NCBI GenBank assembly: GCA_000004695.1
Contig: CM000154.2
Location: 320,001 to 384,000 of the forward strand
Length of the DNA: 64,000 nt
Reading direction: 5' to 3'
Source: Dictyostelium discoideum
Taxonomy: Eukaryota
A program made the translations under genes and the position numbers. Within the stretch, counting starts at the first letter, position 1. Every line of letters starts with the position of its first letter. Positions 16,533-27,599 of this stretch are shown one piece after another. The notes beneath the pieces are model-generated. The model did no database searches. It was not told where the DNA came from and saw only the letters and a program-made list of their open reading frames with translations.

Positions 16533-19500
16533 TTAATTATTGTTATTAAAAATATAATTAATATGACTAATTATCATTTTTTCATTTACTTTCCAATTTT
16601 CGTTATAAGAACCAATTGACTTGAGCAAATTTTTAGTTCTCTTTGAAAGGTTTAAACCTTTATCAATATTATGTTTTTCATGGAAATCCATTGAATGGAA
16701 AGAACGGAATTTAACACATGATAAAACATCAGAATCCATGATCATTTGTCTCCATTTTCCAAAGGCGATTGGTTTACAATTATAAATTTTATTCATTGGA
16801 CCATAGATATCTTTTGGAGCAGTAATATCACCATAGACATTGTAAATATTTAATTTTCCATGATTTGATTCATCCCAACATTTGTCTGTTAATATTAAAT
16901 TCATTGTATTATCAGAGACCCAATCAACAGGAGTTAATAATACTTTCATATCAACATCTGGATAATAGCCAGTTGCATAACAACATTGAACTGAAAGTTG
17001 AAAGAAATCACTTGAAAGTCCAACACCAGTTTCTGGATGAGAAAAGATTGAAGGTGGTCTAATTAACATTGATGGAATACCTCTTCTTGCAGCTTCAATT
17101 AATAAATACTCTCCAACCACTTTACTTTGCATATAGCCAGCTGGTAAATTATCAATATTATCTAATGATGGTAAAATAGATTCATCAAATTCTTCACCAT
17201 TTAGAGATTGATTTATAAATACTGTAAAAGTTGAAAAGTTTACAATTGGTTTTTGAATTCCATTGATATGATCAGAGATTGATAATTTAATAATCTCAAC
17301 TATACCATCAACATTGACAGGTTTATTAGAGTTATAATCAGATTCTAAATTTAAATCAGCACCAGAGTTTATAATTAAATTCGCATTGTTTGCAATCAGT
17401 GAATAATCTTTATCTGATAAACCCAATCTAGCCTTTGCTAAATCACCAATAACTGGTACAATCTTTGAAAGTTGAATTTGATTCAATTGATCATAAACTT
17501 TATGATGTTTTAAATTATTAATAATTTCATTGATTGGATTTGTCGAATTGGATTTATTTCTTAAGAGACAATAAGTAACTGAACAATTTGATAATTTTAA
17601 TAAATGTACCAACATATGAGCTCCTAAAAATCCTGTTGTACCAGTTATGAAAACTCTTTTATCATTTTCTTTAACAATTTTTAAATGTTGAATTGATGGA
17701 TCCAATTTCATTTCATTCTCCCAAAATTGTTTTCTTTCTTCTTTGGTCATCTCTAATTTTGAAATTAATTTACCATCTAAAAACTCTTTATACTTTTGTT
17801 CAATTAATATAATAGAATCATTGATTGAATTATTTTGAAGTTGTTGAATTGTAACTAAATTTTTAACCTTTAAATATCTATCAACCCAATTCTTAATTTG
17901 AACAATAATTAATGAGTCTGCACCATATCTAATTAATCTTTCATTCCTATCAATTAATGATTCATCACTGAATTTTATAAATTGAGCAGATTTTTTAAAG
18001 AATAATTGTTCAAATGTTATATTACTATCATCTTTGGATGATTCATTGATTTCGATTGATTTATCACACCATTGATAAAATGGTAATTTGGTTGTATTTT
18101 TCTTGAAACTTTTATCATATCTATTTTCCCCACCAAATTGACAATTAAAATCAATATTAAAATTATTGAGATATAAATCAATTAAAGTTTTTTGAAACTC
18201 TTGATGGTGATTTTTCCTTTTATGACATGGTGAATATACTGAAACTGAATCACCATCATTAAAGTATTTAGAAGAGATTGGTATCATTTCCTTTAAATAA
18301 TTTGATAATGATGGATGTGGTGCCATTTCAAAGAATGTAACTTTTGAACCTAATTGATTATCTTCAATATATTTATAAATGTTTGAAATTGTTTCATCAA
18401 AATAAACAGGAAGTGCAATACAATTGAATAAATGAGTTGAATCGAATTTTGTTGATTCGTTATCGAAAAGTTTTGTATTAACTGTTGAAAAAGTTGGAAC
18501 TATTGGTTGTTGATGTTTAAATTTTAAATTTGTAAGATGTTCTCTTGTTTTATTTTGACTTGATGTATGACAAGATGCAAGTGAACTTAACATAGTTGCT
18601 GTTACACCATTGTTTAATAAGATTTTAGATATTTCGTTTAGATCATGTTCAGGTCCACCAATAACGATAGAATTTGGTGAATTGAAACAACTAAATTCCA
18701 CATTTGGATAATTTTCAATTGGAATAATAGATTGATATTCATTCTTTCCAATTGATAAAGATAACATTTTACCAATACCATTGGTTGAATCCTGTGCAAT
18801 TCCTCTTTGGGATACTAATAAACATGCAGTTTCTAAGTCAAACATACCAGAACAATAGGCAGCGAAAACTTCACCAATACAATGACCTACAATAATTGAT
18901 GGTTTAATACCCCAATGTTTATATAATTCAAATAATGAAATATTAAAAATAAATAATAAAGGTTGTGAAATTGTTGATTCATTAATTAAATTTGAACAAT
19001 CAGCAATTGATTTTAATTTTTCTAATGGTGAAAATCCTAAATATTTAATTAATTTTTCATTAATTAAATCTGCTGATTTCTTAAAAAAAACTTCATTATT
19101 ATACAAATCATCCATCATTGTAATATATTGTGGACCTTGACCACAAAATACAAATACATTTACAGATTCATCATCATTAATATTATTATTATTATTACTA
19201 TAATTTAAAATTGGTGAATAATTAATTGAAGTTTGAATATTCTTTAATTCATCCCAATCCTTTGCAATAATTATTGATTTTGATTTTAATTTAATTGATC
19301 TTGAATTAATTTGATGTTTTACAAAATCTTTAAATGGTATGGTTGATTGAAATTCATTGTTTTTATCTTCAATTATAATTGATTGTACTTTTTTTAAAGA
19401 ATTTATAGAATTTGCAGAGAATGGAATTAAATAATTTTGACTTTCAACTTTATAAATTAATGATGGCGATGGTTGATCTTCTTCTCTTGAAATGTTTTTG

Positions 19501-20324
19501 TTATAAATAATTTCTTTATTATTATTATAATTATTTTCAAAATGTTTTGAAAAAATGAAACTAGGTGAATGATAAGGACCATAAACAATTGTATTGAAAA
19601 TTAATTTACTTTTTGAGATATTTTCAAATTTTAAAAATGATTTAATCATTGATATGATACCAACAGATTCAGAGATTTTATTAACGGAATATCTATTATC
19701 AGTTCTTGGAATTTCTAAATCGGATATTTCATTAATATCTCTTACTGAACAATAAATATTATCATTATCAGCGATTGCATCTTCCAAACCCTTTAAAATA
19801 AATGCACCAACTTGTTCAATTTCACCATTTTTATTTCTATTTGAACCTCCAATGATTGCAATTTTTGAGTCACCAAAAAATATAGACTTATAACCAAATT
19901 TTAATGAGGCAACAATCGAACCAACACCATTGTTAGTTAAGCATTCACCTTTCAAATTGAATGCTTGAGAGACTCTTATCGAATCTGGCATTCCTGGTTC
20001 ATATTGATCTGAGCCAATCAAAACCGAAGTTTTAATTGAAGTTTGTAAATTGGTTGGATCAATATTTGCATTTTCCATTGATTCCCAAATACATTTCAAA
20101 AGGAGGATTTGTTTTTCACTAATCTTATCTTTACTCTCATCTAATTTGAAAAATAAAGAAGAATCAAATTCTTTAATTTCATTTGAAATTGAATCTGATG
20201 ACTTAATTTCTTTTAGTTCATTTTGAATTTTGTTTTCCAATAATTCATTAATATTATTTATATATGTATTGTTTTTTAAAAATCTAAAACCAACACCAAT
20301 AATTACAACATTATTACCTTTTAT

Positions 20325-20327
<3 letters not shown>
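16533..20327 (-). CDS. Compact polyketide-synthase-like protein (1264 aa): degenerate KS-like N-domain, acyltransferase, ACP, C-terminal NAD(P)-dependent thioester-reductase domain
   Basis: Single 1264-codon ORF from ATG (complement of 20325-20327). It opens MIKGNNVVIIGVGFRF (typical KS start IAIVGMxCRFPG). The KS-like region keeps IAIIGGSN and GAFILKGLEDAIADNDNIYCSVRDIN (compare GVVVLKRLSDAxADGDxIYAVIRGSAVN) but the active-site Cys is absent (GECLTNNGVGSIVA in place of DTACSSSLVA) and there are no HGTGT/His motifs. The AT domain has VFVFCGQGPQY...GHCIGEVFAAYCSGMFDLETACLLVSQRG, i.e. a GHSxG motif with Cys in place of the nucleophilic Ser. The ACP has LIRYGADSLIIVQIKNW (GxDSL). The reductase has VFITGTTGFLGAHML (Rossmann) and AGYMQSKVVGEYLL (YxxxK). 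Confidence 0.75.
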
Positions 20328-20369
<42 letters not shown>

Positions 20370-20446
20370 CCTTATTTACTTATATTTTTTAAATGGTTCA
20401 ATGTTTTGGTTTAGATAAGTTTTTTTTTTTCTTTCATCTTTTATAG

Positions 20447-20500
<54 letters not shown>

Positions 20501-21165
20501 GTTATATTAAGTAAAATGTAAAAATTTTAAAATTCGACCCAATCGGAGACCAAACTTGATTTTTGAAAAAAAAAAAAATTGTGTTGATTCATTTTATTAA
20601 TTTATTTATTTGTTTGGAGATAAAAATATATTTGTAAATGAGGTAATATCAAAAGAAAAAAAGCCATATTTCGAAATAAAATAAAAAAATATAATAATAA
20701 AAATTAAAAAATAAAAATTTAAAAATAAAAAAAGAAAAAATACAGTGTTACATTTTTTTTATTTTTTTTTAATTTTTAAATTTATATTTTCCATTTCCTT
20801 ATTTTTGTTTTTTAATTAATAATTAGGTTTTTTGTTCAAATTTATTAATAGATATTTTATTTTTTCATCCATTTGAACAAAAGGGAAATAGTTCAAAATT
20901 CTAAAAAAAAAAAAAAATATTTATTTAATTGTAAAAATTAATGTAGTGTAAATATATTATTTTTCCCAAGGGAGAACTATGTACTTGGGTACCGATTTTT
21001 ATTGCTCCGTGACACTTATTCTATAATCAAAAAATCTCAAAAAAAAAAAAAAAAAAAATTATAAAGAAAAAAAGAAACAATACAAACCAAACAATTTTAT
21101 TTTTATCTTAATTAAATTAAACACCAGTGAACAATTAAAAAAAAAAGTCTAAAATAATAATAAAA

Positions 21166-21192
21166 ATAATAATAATAATAATAGTAATAATA

Positions 21193-21258
<66 letters not shown>
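21166..21258. repeat. (AAT)n/(AGT) microsatellite, intergenic
   Basis: aataataat run with two agt interruptions between the PKS-like gene and the UBIAD1-like gene. Confidence 0.85.
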
Positions 21259-21416
21259 TTAAACAACACCGAATTTGATTTTTGTAATTATAATAATAAT
21301 AAAATAATAAAATAATAAACACCGAATTTGATTTTGTCTTTTCACAATTTAAAAATCTAATATTAAATTAAATTTAATTTTTTATTTTTATATTATTTTT
21401 TTTAATAACTATAGAT

Positions 21417-22545
21417 TTATTGCATACTTAATAAAACACCAATTGCATTTAAACCACCAAAAAAGAAGGAGAGTTGACCAGTTTTTTCAGTGAGATCTTC
21501 TAATTTTTTATTTTTAAATTGATTAATTAATGAAATAATTTTTGGAATTAAAATTAATGGTAAATTTAAAATATATTTATCAATATCTAATGATAATTTA
21601 AATAAATAAATATAGGCACTAAAATAAAATAAAATTAAATTAATTATTAGTCAATATTTGTTAACAGTTTTATATTTGTTCATTTTTTTTATTATTATTA
21701 TAATAAAATAAATAAATTAATAAATAAAATAAATTAAAATAAATTAATACGTACAATAAATATAAGCCAGCATAAATATAATAACAATTTTTAAAACCTA
21801 ATTTTGAAGCTAATGTAATTGAACCAGCTTCTGTATCAGCTTTAATATCTCTTGTATTATTTACATGTAAAACAGCAACGATTGTCAAAGCCAATGGGAT
21901 TGAATAAAAGTAAGCTAATGAATCATGATAATGAGTTTGAGAGATGAATGCTGATTGTACCAAGATTGGACCAAAACATAAGAAAATGGTTAAATCACCC
22001 AATCCAATATATTTTAAACCAATTGGAGCGGCAGTATAGGAGATGTTTAAAATGAAGCCAAAAGCACCCAATGGTAGGATATTCTCCACTATACATTTGA
22101 TATTATCCATTCTAAAAATCATTAAACCCAAACAAATTGCACATTGAATTAATAAATACCAAATTAAATTTATAATATTACCCTCTGTTAAACCAAAATC
22201 AAACATTGTTCTATCGGCTGATTTCTCTTTGGTATCATTTCCATTCTTACAATCATAAAAACTATTTACAACATTACCTAAGGCTTGTAATGAAACTGCT
22301 CCAACTAAAATAATTGATAACATTATACTATCAAATTCTCTAATCTCTCTAAATGCTAATGCTGATCCAACCAATACTGATGTAACTGAAATTGTTAATG
22401 ACCATGGTCTAGTTGCTAAAATAATTCCCATTAATTTTGAAATTGGTGGTTTTTGTTGTTGTTGTTGAGATGATTCTGTTTTAATCTCTTTAGTTTTATT
22501 TACAACTTGTTTTGTTTTTTCATTTCTATTTATAGTTGTTGACAT
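21417..22545 (-). CDS. UbiA-family prenyltransferase (UBIAD1/MenA-like), 2 exons: join(complement 21755..22545, 21417..21618)
   Basis: Exon 1 MSTTINRNEK...TRPWSLTISVTSVLVGSALA...NSFYDCKNGNDTKEKSADRTMFD (UbiA Asp-rich motif region, compare UBIAD1 [22 protein letters not shown]) has multiple TM helices. A minus-strand GTACGT donor at 21754 and a 136-nt AT-rich intron ending TTTTAG (acceptor at 21619-21620) continue in phase as FAYIYLFKLSLDIDKYILNLPLILIPKIISLINQFKNKKLEDLTEKTGQLSFFFGGLNAIGVLLSMQ*. The ORF-track tail ...YYNNNKKNEQI is read-through into the intron. Confidence 0.75.
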
Positions 22546-22599
22546 TTTTTTTTTTTTTTTTTGATCACCACACTGTGCTTTGGGTCTTTTAATAAAAAA

Positions 22600-22630
<31 letters not shown>

Positions 22631-22971
22631 ACAAAATGAAAAATTAAAAAAATAACAAAAATAAAAAAAAAAAAAAAAATTAAATTTAATTTAATATTAG
22701 ATTTTTAAATTGTGAAAAGACAAAATCAAAAAAAAAAAAAAAAAAATATCTTTAATTTTCTTTTTGTAAATTATTCATTAAATAAGGTTAATTATAGCAT
22801 CAATCTTTTATAATTTCAGACAATTTTTTTTTAAAAAAATAATAATAATATTGGCATTGAAGTGCAAATATTAATTTTTTTTTATCAGGAACTTTTCAAA
22901 AAAATAAAAAAAAAGGTTATTCAAAGATAATTATAAAATAATAATAAAAACAATAATAATTAACTTAATAT

Positions 22972-23008
<37 letters not shown>

Positions 23009-23077
23009 TTAATTTATTTTAATTATTTTTAAAAGTTTTTTTTTATTTGTTGAAAGTAAAAATAAATTTTTTTATAT

Positions 23078-26000
23078 TTAAATTAATTTATTAATTAGGT
23101 GATTTGGTAAATTATCTTTTAAAATTTTAAGTAATTGTTGATCATCTTTAAAATTATTGATTAAATTTTTAGAATTATCAATATTTTGATAATGTTTAAT
23201 AATATGAAAGTTTGAATTTTTTAAAGTTTTTTTTAGCATATCTTGAGTGATTTTAATTTCTTTTGGATGATTTTTTAAAACTAAATCACAACATTTAATT
23301 TTACCTTTGACAAAGAAATCTGAAAATAAATTTTGTTGGAAATAAGTTTCCTTGCCATTGAATGATTTTCTTGCTTTGACATCTTTATTTAAAAACTCTT
23401 GAAGTTTTAAAATTATAAATGATTGAGTTTCTGGTTGTTCAATGATTGATTTTATTGAGTTAACTTTTTGTGACCGATTTTTGATAAGCAAAGGGAGGGT
23501 TTCATTCAATTGAACTTTGAAATTTCCCATACCTTCATGACGGAATTGGTGTATTAACAATACGATCACATTCTCTGCTATTCTATTTCTAATTTGTAAA
23601 TCATTACCAATGAATTTATCATACAATTCTGTAGTTTTATTACAACAAAGATACTGAACTAAATTATTTAAAAAAGTGAATTGAATTTTTGAATCTTTAT
23701 CTCCAAGACTTTTAAATATCAATTCAAAGTTATTTTTTACTTGTTCAAAATGATTTTCATAAATGTATTTAATTTCCGAGTAATTACTTAAATCTAAATA
23801 ATTAATGATATCAATTTTGAAATTATCCATAATAAATGAAATTATATCAATTCTATTTAACTTGGCAGCTAAACGATAAATGATATTATGGAAATTTGAA
23901 ACGTAGGTATTAAATCTTAAAATTCTTTGAATTTCATTAATATCCATTACTTTACAAATTGAATTTAAAAGATCAATTGAAAATTCGAATATATTAATTA
24001 ATTTTAGCATTGGTTTAATTTGATCAATTAATTTACTATCATCCCAATCAATTTTAATTGAAGATTCTTTTGGTATTGGTTTTTCATAATATTTATCTGT
24101 TATTGATCTTTTTATTAAATTTGTTGATTCTGTTGTTGTTGTTGTTGTTGTTGTTGTTGATTCTGCTGTGAGTACATTATTTGTTGAATTACAATTGAAC
24201 ACTTTACTATTTGGTAATACTGAATCTAATGGTGAATTAGTTAGATATGATTGACTATAAATTAAGTTTTCATTTTCATTTAAATAATCATCGATCCAAT
24301 CCAATAATTCCCAAAATAAATCTTTTCTATTAATATCTAAACAATATTGTAAATCTGAATTTAATGATTGACTAAAGAAATCACCACCATCTACTATTGA
24401 ATCTCTATTATCTTTTTTACAAATATCATGTGATAGTTTTTTAATTAATTCTTTTAAAATATCATCAAATGAAGTTCTAAATTTAATTTTATCACTATTA
24501 TTATTATTATTATCATTATTATTATTATTATTATTATTGCTATCTCTACCTAATAAATAATCATATGTAAAGAAATCTGTATTGAAATGAGTTTCTAAAT
24601 TAAAACCTATAGTTATTTCATGATTTGTTGAAGTATTATAACCAACGAAATTTGAATCTGATAAAGAATCCATGAATGATTTGATACCAGGTCTTGTGAT
24701 GAGATATTTTGATAATTTTGGTGATCTTAAATTAAGATAAAAGAAACAACGGAATAAGTTATCATTTGGTAAAAATGAATGTTCCTCCAATGAATTACGA
24801 ATTGATTCCAATTGTTGAATTGTTAAACCATCAGTTCTGATTAGAGTATCATAAAGATACACAAAGATGACATTATAGGATACCCTGCAATCAATGCCCT
24901 CTTTATTGGCTTCATTTGAGTATTTATCAACCATTAGATTAATTAATGAAATGATTTGATCGACATTATTGGCATATTGAAAGATTGATTCATCTTTATA
25001 AAATAATGTCTTTCCGAATGATAAACGACTACTGCAGTATCCTGGATTCCAAAGTTTGAAAGGGGTGATATTTCTAATGAACAACTCGGCCAATGTAAAG
25101 TTTCTATCGGTAAGGAGGGTGGTGGTGGACACTGTTGCTTTAACTATCGGCACTTTAAATGTAAACTCCAACTTTGGTGGTGGAATGATTCTAGTGAATT
25201 GTGATAAAAAGTTGAAATATAAATATTTCTTTCTAAATTGTTTAAATGAACGTTGATTGAAATAATTCCATAGTCTCATTATGGCTCCTATGTTATCACG
25301 TGAAGGGAATTCAAATCTGTGAAAGTTTGAAATCTTTGAAGTAAGATCATAATTCTCAGAAAATTCACCCTCGATTCTGCTTAATTCCCCAATATCACCC
25401 TCTTTGATTGCTTTCAATAAATTGTTAATTTTAATTGAATATAATTTTGATTCATCAAATACAAGGGGGTATTTATGGTCATAGTTGTCCTCTGTAAAAT
25501 GAAGCAAATCGTTGATGTGTTTCAAATCCTCATAACCATAATCTTCATCCTCGCCATCACTATCGTTCTCATCATTGTCATCACCTACGTAATCAAACTT
25601 TGCAGTTTCTTCTTTTTCAAGTATAAAAGCGATATCGGCTATTCCTATGTTGTCCCCATTATCTTCCCCAATATGCTGTTCTTGCAACTCCTCTTGATCC
25701 TCATCCTCTTGCTCTTCCCCATTTCCTTGGTCTTCTCCATTTCCCTGGCCTTCTCCATTTCCTGATTGAGCTATATCTGGTGGTAGTTGTTCTTTGAATT
25801 CTTTTTTTTGAATTGGACCAAGCTCTTTAATTGCTTCACCATAAATACGAGAATAATAATAATAGAAATTTGTTGGTTTAAATTCAATTGCAATTAATTT
25901 TCTCAACTCTTTTAATTTATCGAATCCAACTTGATTATTTGTACGAATTGAATTTACTTTCTCTTCAATTAATTTATCTCTATTTGTTTTTGTACGGTTA

Positions 26001-27016
26001 TCTAAAATATGTTCAAAATAAAATCTTAATGTAACCAATAATCTTTCATAACGTCTATCTATTACTAACCAATCTCTAATATCAAATTCATTTCTATCAT
26101 TTGGTTTTGAAATATAAGCCACTCCTAAATCCATCATTTTATTCATCATTCTTACTTTATAAGTAGTTATAAAGTTTTCATACCCAATTTTTTTCAATTC
26201 CTCTTCTTCTTCTTCTTCTTCTTCTTCTTCCTCATTTTTTTTACTTTTTGTTGTTGCTATTTCATCTTCTTCATTTGAATTTGATGGTTTTAATTTCTTT
26301 CTTTTTTGTTCTTCTTGAGTTGGCTTTGTATATAATGATGGATTATCGATTAAATATTGAAGAATTCTTGTTTGATTAGCATTATTATGAGCTGAACGGA
26401 ATGAAAACTTCTTTACTTTTGCAGAAATTAAATCAATACCATGATTCTTTATGTTGAGTGGATTTGAATTTACAATCTCTTTGATGGTCTCTAAACAATT
26501 GCATTCAAATGCAGTTTTTAATGTATCTGGCTCAATTAAAAGATTGAATGGCTCGTGAACTAGTAATCTTAATACTTCCGGACTGTCCAACTCTATGGCA
26601 AGATTAGTGAGATCACAGATTTCAAATTCATCTCTTCTATGGGTCATTAATAATCTAATGACTTCTAAATATTGTTCTTTGTTTTTTAGTTGTGGATGTT
26701 GTTGTTTTCTAAATGTCAATTTTTTAAATAAATATCTTATTGACTCTTTATCAATTTCAATGTAGTCACCATGTTTGATTTTATTTTTAATTAATGAGAA
26801 TAACTGATTCCTTATCATTAAAAAAAGTGAATGAATATCTTCAAATTTGCATCGATTATTAATATTATAATCTAATGGAAGTTTATAGTCTACCCATTCA
26901 GTTTGATGAATTTGGTTTAATATCACACTAACTATATAATTGTTTTTAAAAACTTTCCAAAATAATATTTCTCCATAACTAGTATTATTATTATTATTGT
27001 TATTATTACTTGCCAT
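23078..27016 (-). CDS. Large hypothetical protein (1312 aa) with N-terminal LFWKVFKNNYI motif, poly-E and GNGE[DG]QGNGEEQ repeats
   Basis: Continuous 1312-codon ORF starting ATG (complement of 27014-27016): MASNNNNNNNNTSYGEILFWKVFKNNYIVSVILNQIHQTEWVDYK... It shares its N-terminal motif with the gene at 7156, which suggests a paralogous family. Contains an acidic EEEEEEEEEEE run and Q/N-rich tracts. Confidence 0.6.
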   Translation of the reverse strand: MASNNNNNNNNTSYGEILFWKVFKNNYIVSVILNQIHQTEWVDYKLPLDYNINNRCKFEDIHSLFLMIRNQLFSLIKNKIKHGDYIEIDKESIRYLFKKLTFRKQQHPQLKNKEQYLEVIRLLMTHRRDEFEICDLTNLAIELDSPEVLRLLVHEPFNLLIEPDTLKTAFECNCLETIKEIVNSNPLNIKNHGIDLISAKVKKFSFRSAHNNANQTRILQYLIDNPSLYTKPTQEEQKRKKLKPSNSNEEDEIATTKSKKNEEEEEEEEEEEELKKIGYENFITTYKVRMMNKMMDLGVAYISKPNDRNEFDIRDWLVIDRRYERLLVTLRFYFEHILDNRTKTNRDKLIEEKVNSIRTNNQVGFDKLKELRKLIAIEFKPTNFYYYYSRIYGEAIKELGPIQKKEFKEQLPPDIAQSGNGEGQGNGEDQGNGEEQEDEDQEELQEQHIGEDNGDNIGIADIAFILEKEETAKFDYVGDDNDENDSDGEDEDYGYEDLKHINDLLHFTEDNYDHKYPLVFDESKLYSIKINNLLKAIKEGDIGELSRIEGEFSENYDLTSKISNFHRFEFPSRDNIGAIMRLWNYFNQRSFKQFRKKYLYFNFLSQFTRIIPPPKLEFTFKVPIVKATVSTTTLLTDRNFTLAELFIRNITPFKLWNPGYCSSRLSFGKTLFYKDESIFQYANNVDQIISLINLMVDKYSNEANKEGIDCRVSYNVIFVYLYDTLIRTDGLTIQQLESIRNSLEEHSFLPNDNLFRCFFYLNLRSPKLSKYLITRPGIKSFMDSLSDSNFVGYNTSTNHEITIGFNLETHFNTDFFTYDYLLGRDSNNNNNNNNDNNNNNSDKIKFRTSFDDILKELIKKLSHDICKKDNRDSIVDGGDFFSQSLNSDLQYCLDINRKDLFWELLDWIDDYLNENENLIYSQSYLTNSPLDSVLPNSKVFNCNSTNNVLTAESTTTTTTTTTESTNLIKRSITDKYYEKPIPKESSIKIDWDDSKLIDQIKPMLKLINIFEFSIDLLNSICKVMDINEIQRILRFNTYVSNFHNIIYRLAAKLNRIDIISFIMDNFKIDIINYLDLSNYSEIKYIYENHFEQVKNNFELIFKSLGDKDSKIQFTFLNNLVQYLCCNKTTELYDKFIGNDLQIRNRIAENVIVLLIHQFRHEGMGNFKVQLNETLPLLIKNRSQKVNSIKSIIEQPETQSFIILKLQEFLNKDVKARKSFNGKETYFQQNLFSDFFVKGKIKCCDLVLKNHPKEIKITQDMLKKTLKNSNFHIIKHYQNIDNSKNLINNFKDDQQLLKILKDNLPNHLINKLI

Positions 27017-27438
27017 TTTTTTTTAATTATTATTATTATTACCACCAGATAGTTTGTGTGTATTTATTTTGAATTTTTTTTTAATAAAAAAAAAAAATTT
27101 TTTCTTTTTTTTTTTTTTTTTTTTTTTTTTTTGAAAAAAAACAGTAAGTTTTAGATTTTCGAAAAAAAAAAAAAAAAGACATTTTATCAGAGTCGCGCAA
27201 AGATCTTCGGGAAATTCAAAAAAAAAAAACGAATTTTTTGAACTGTTTTTTTTTTTTATTTTTTTTTATTTTTTTTTTCGTTTATTTTTATTAACAAATT
27301 TTGAATGAAAAAAACACTGTCAGTGAAACCGCTGAATGGTTCCTGGGACCTCTACCTTAACCAAAATTTAAATCTGTTCAGAGTTTTTAAAATAATAAAA
27401 AAAAGAAAATAATGGTGTTTTTATGATTTACTTTTTAA

Positions 27439-27475
<37 letters not shown>

Positions 27476-27599
27476 CATTTAATTTATTGAAAAAGTAATA
27501 AAAATTAAAGTAATAAAGTTTTAATTTTATTTTATTTTTTCCTTTTTAGTTCATTTTTTGTAATTATTTTTTTTATTTTGAAGAAAAACAATTATGTAA

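Noticed and set aside
20950-21010. Short hairpin cccaag-gg…-cttggg followed by taccgattttt in the PKS-like gene's upstream region
   Set aside because: A 6-bp stem with a 13-nt loop is expected by chance. There is no tRNA or Class I RNA signature, so it is kept only as a remark.
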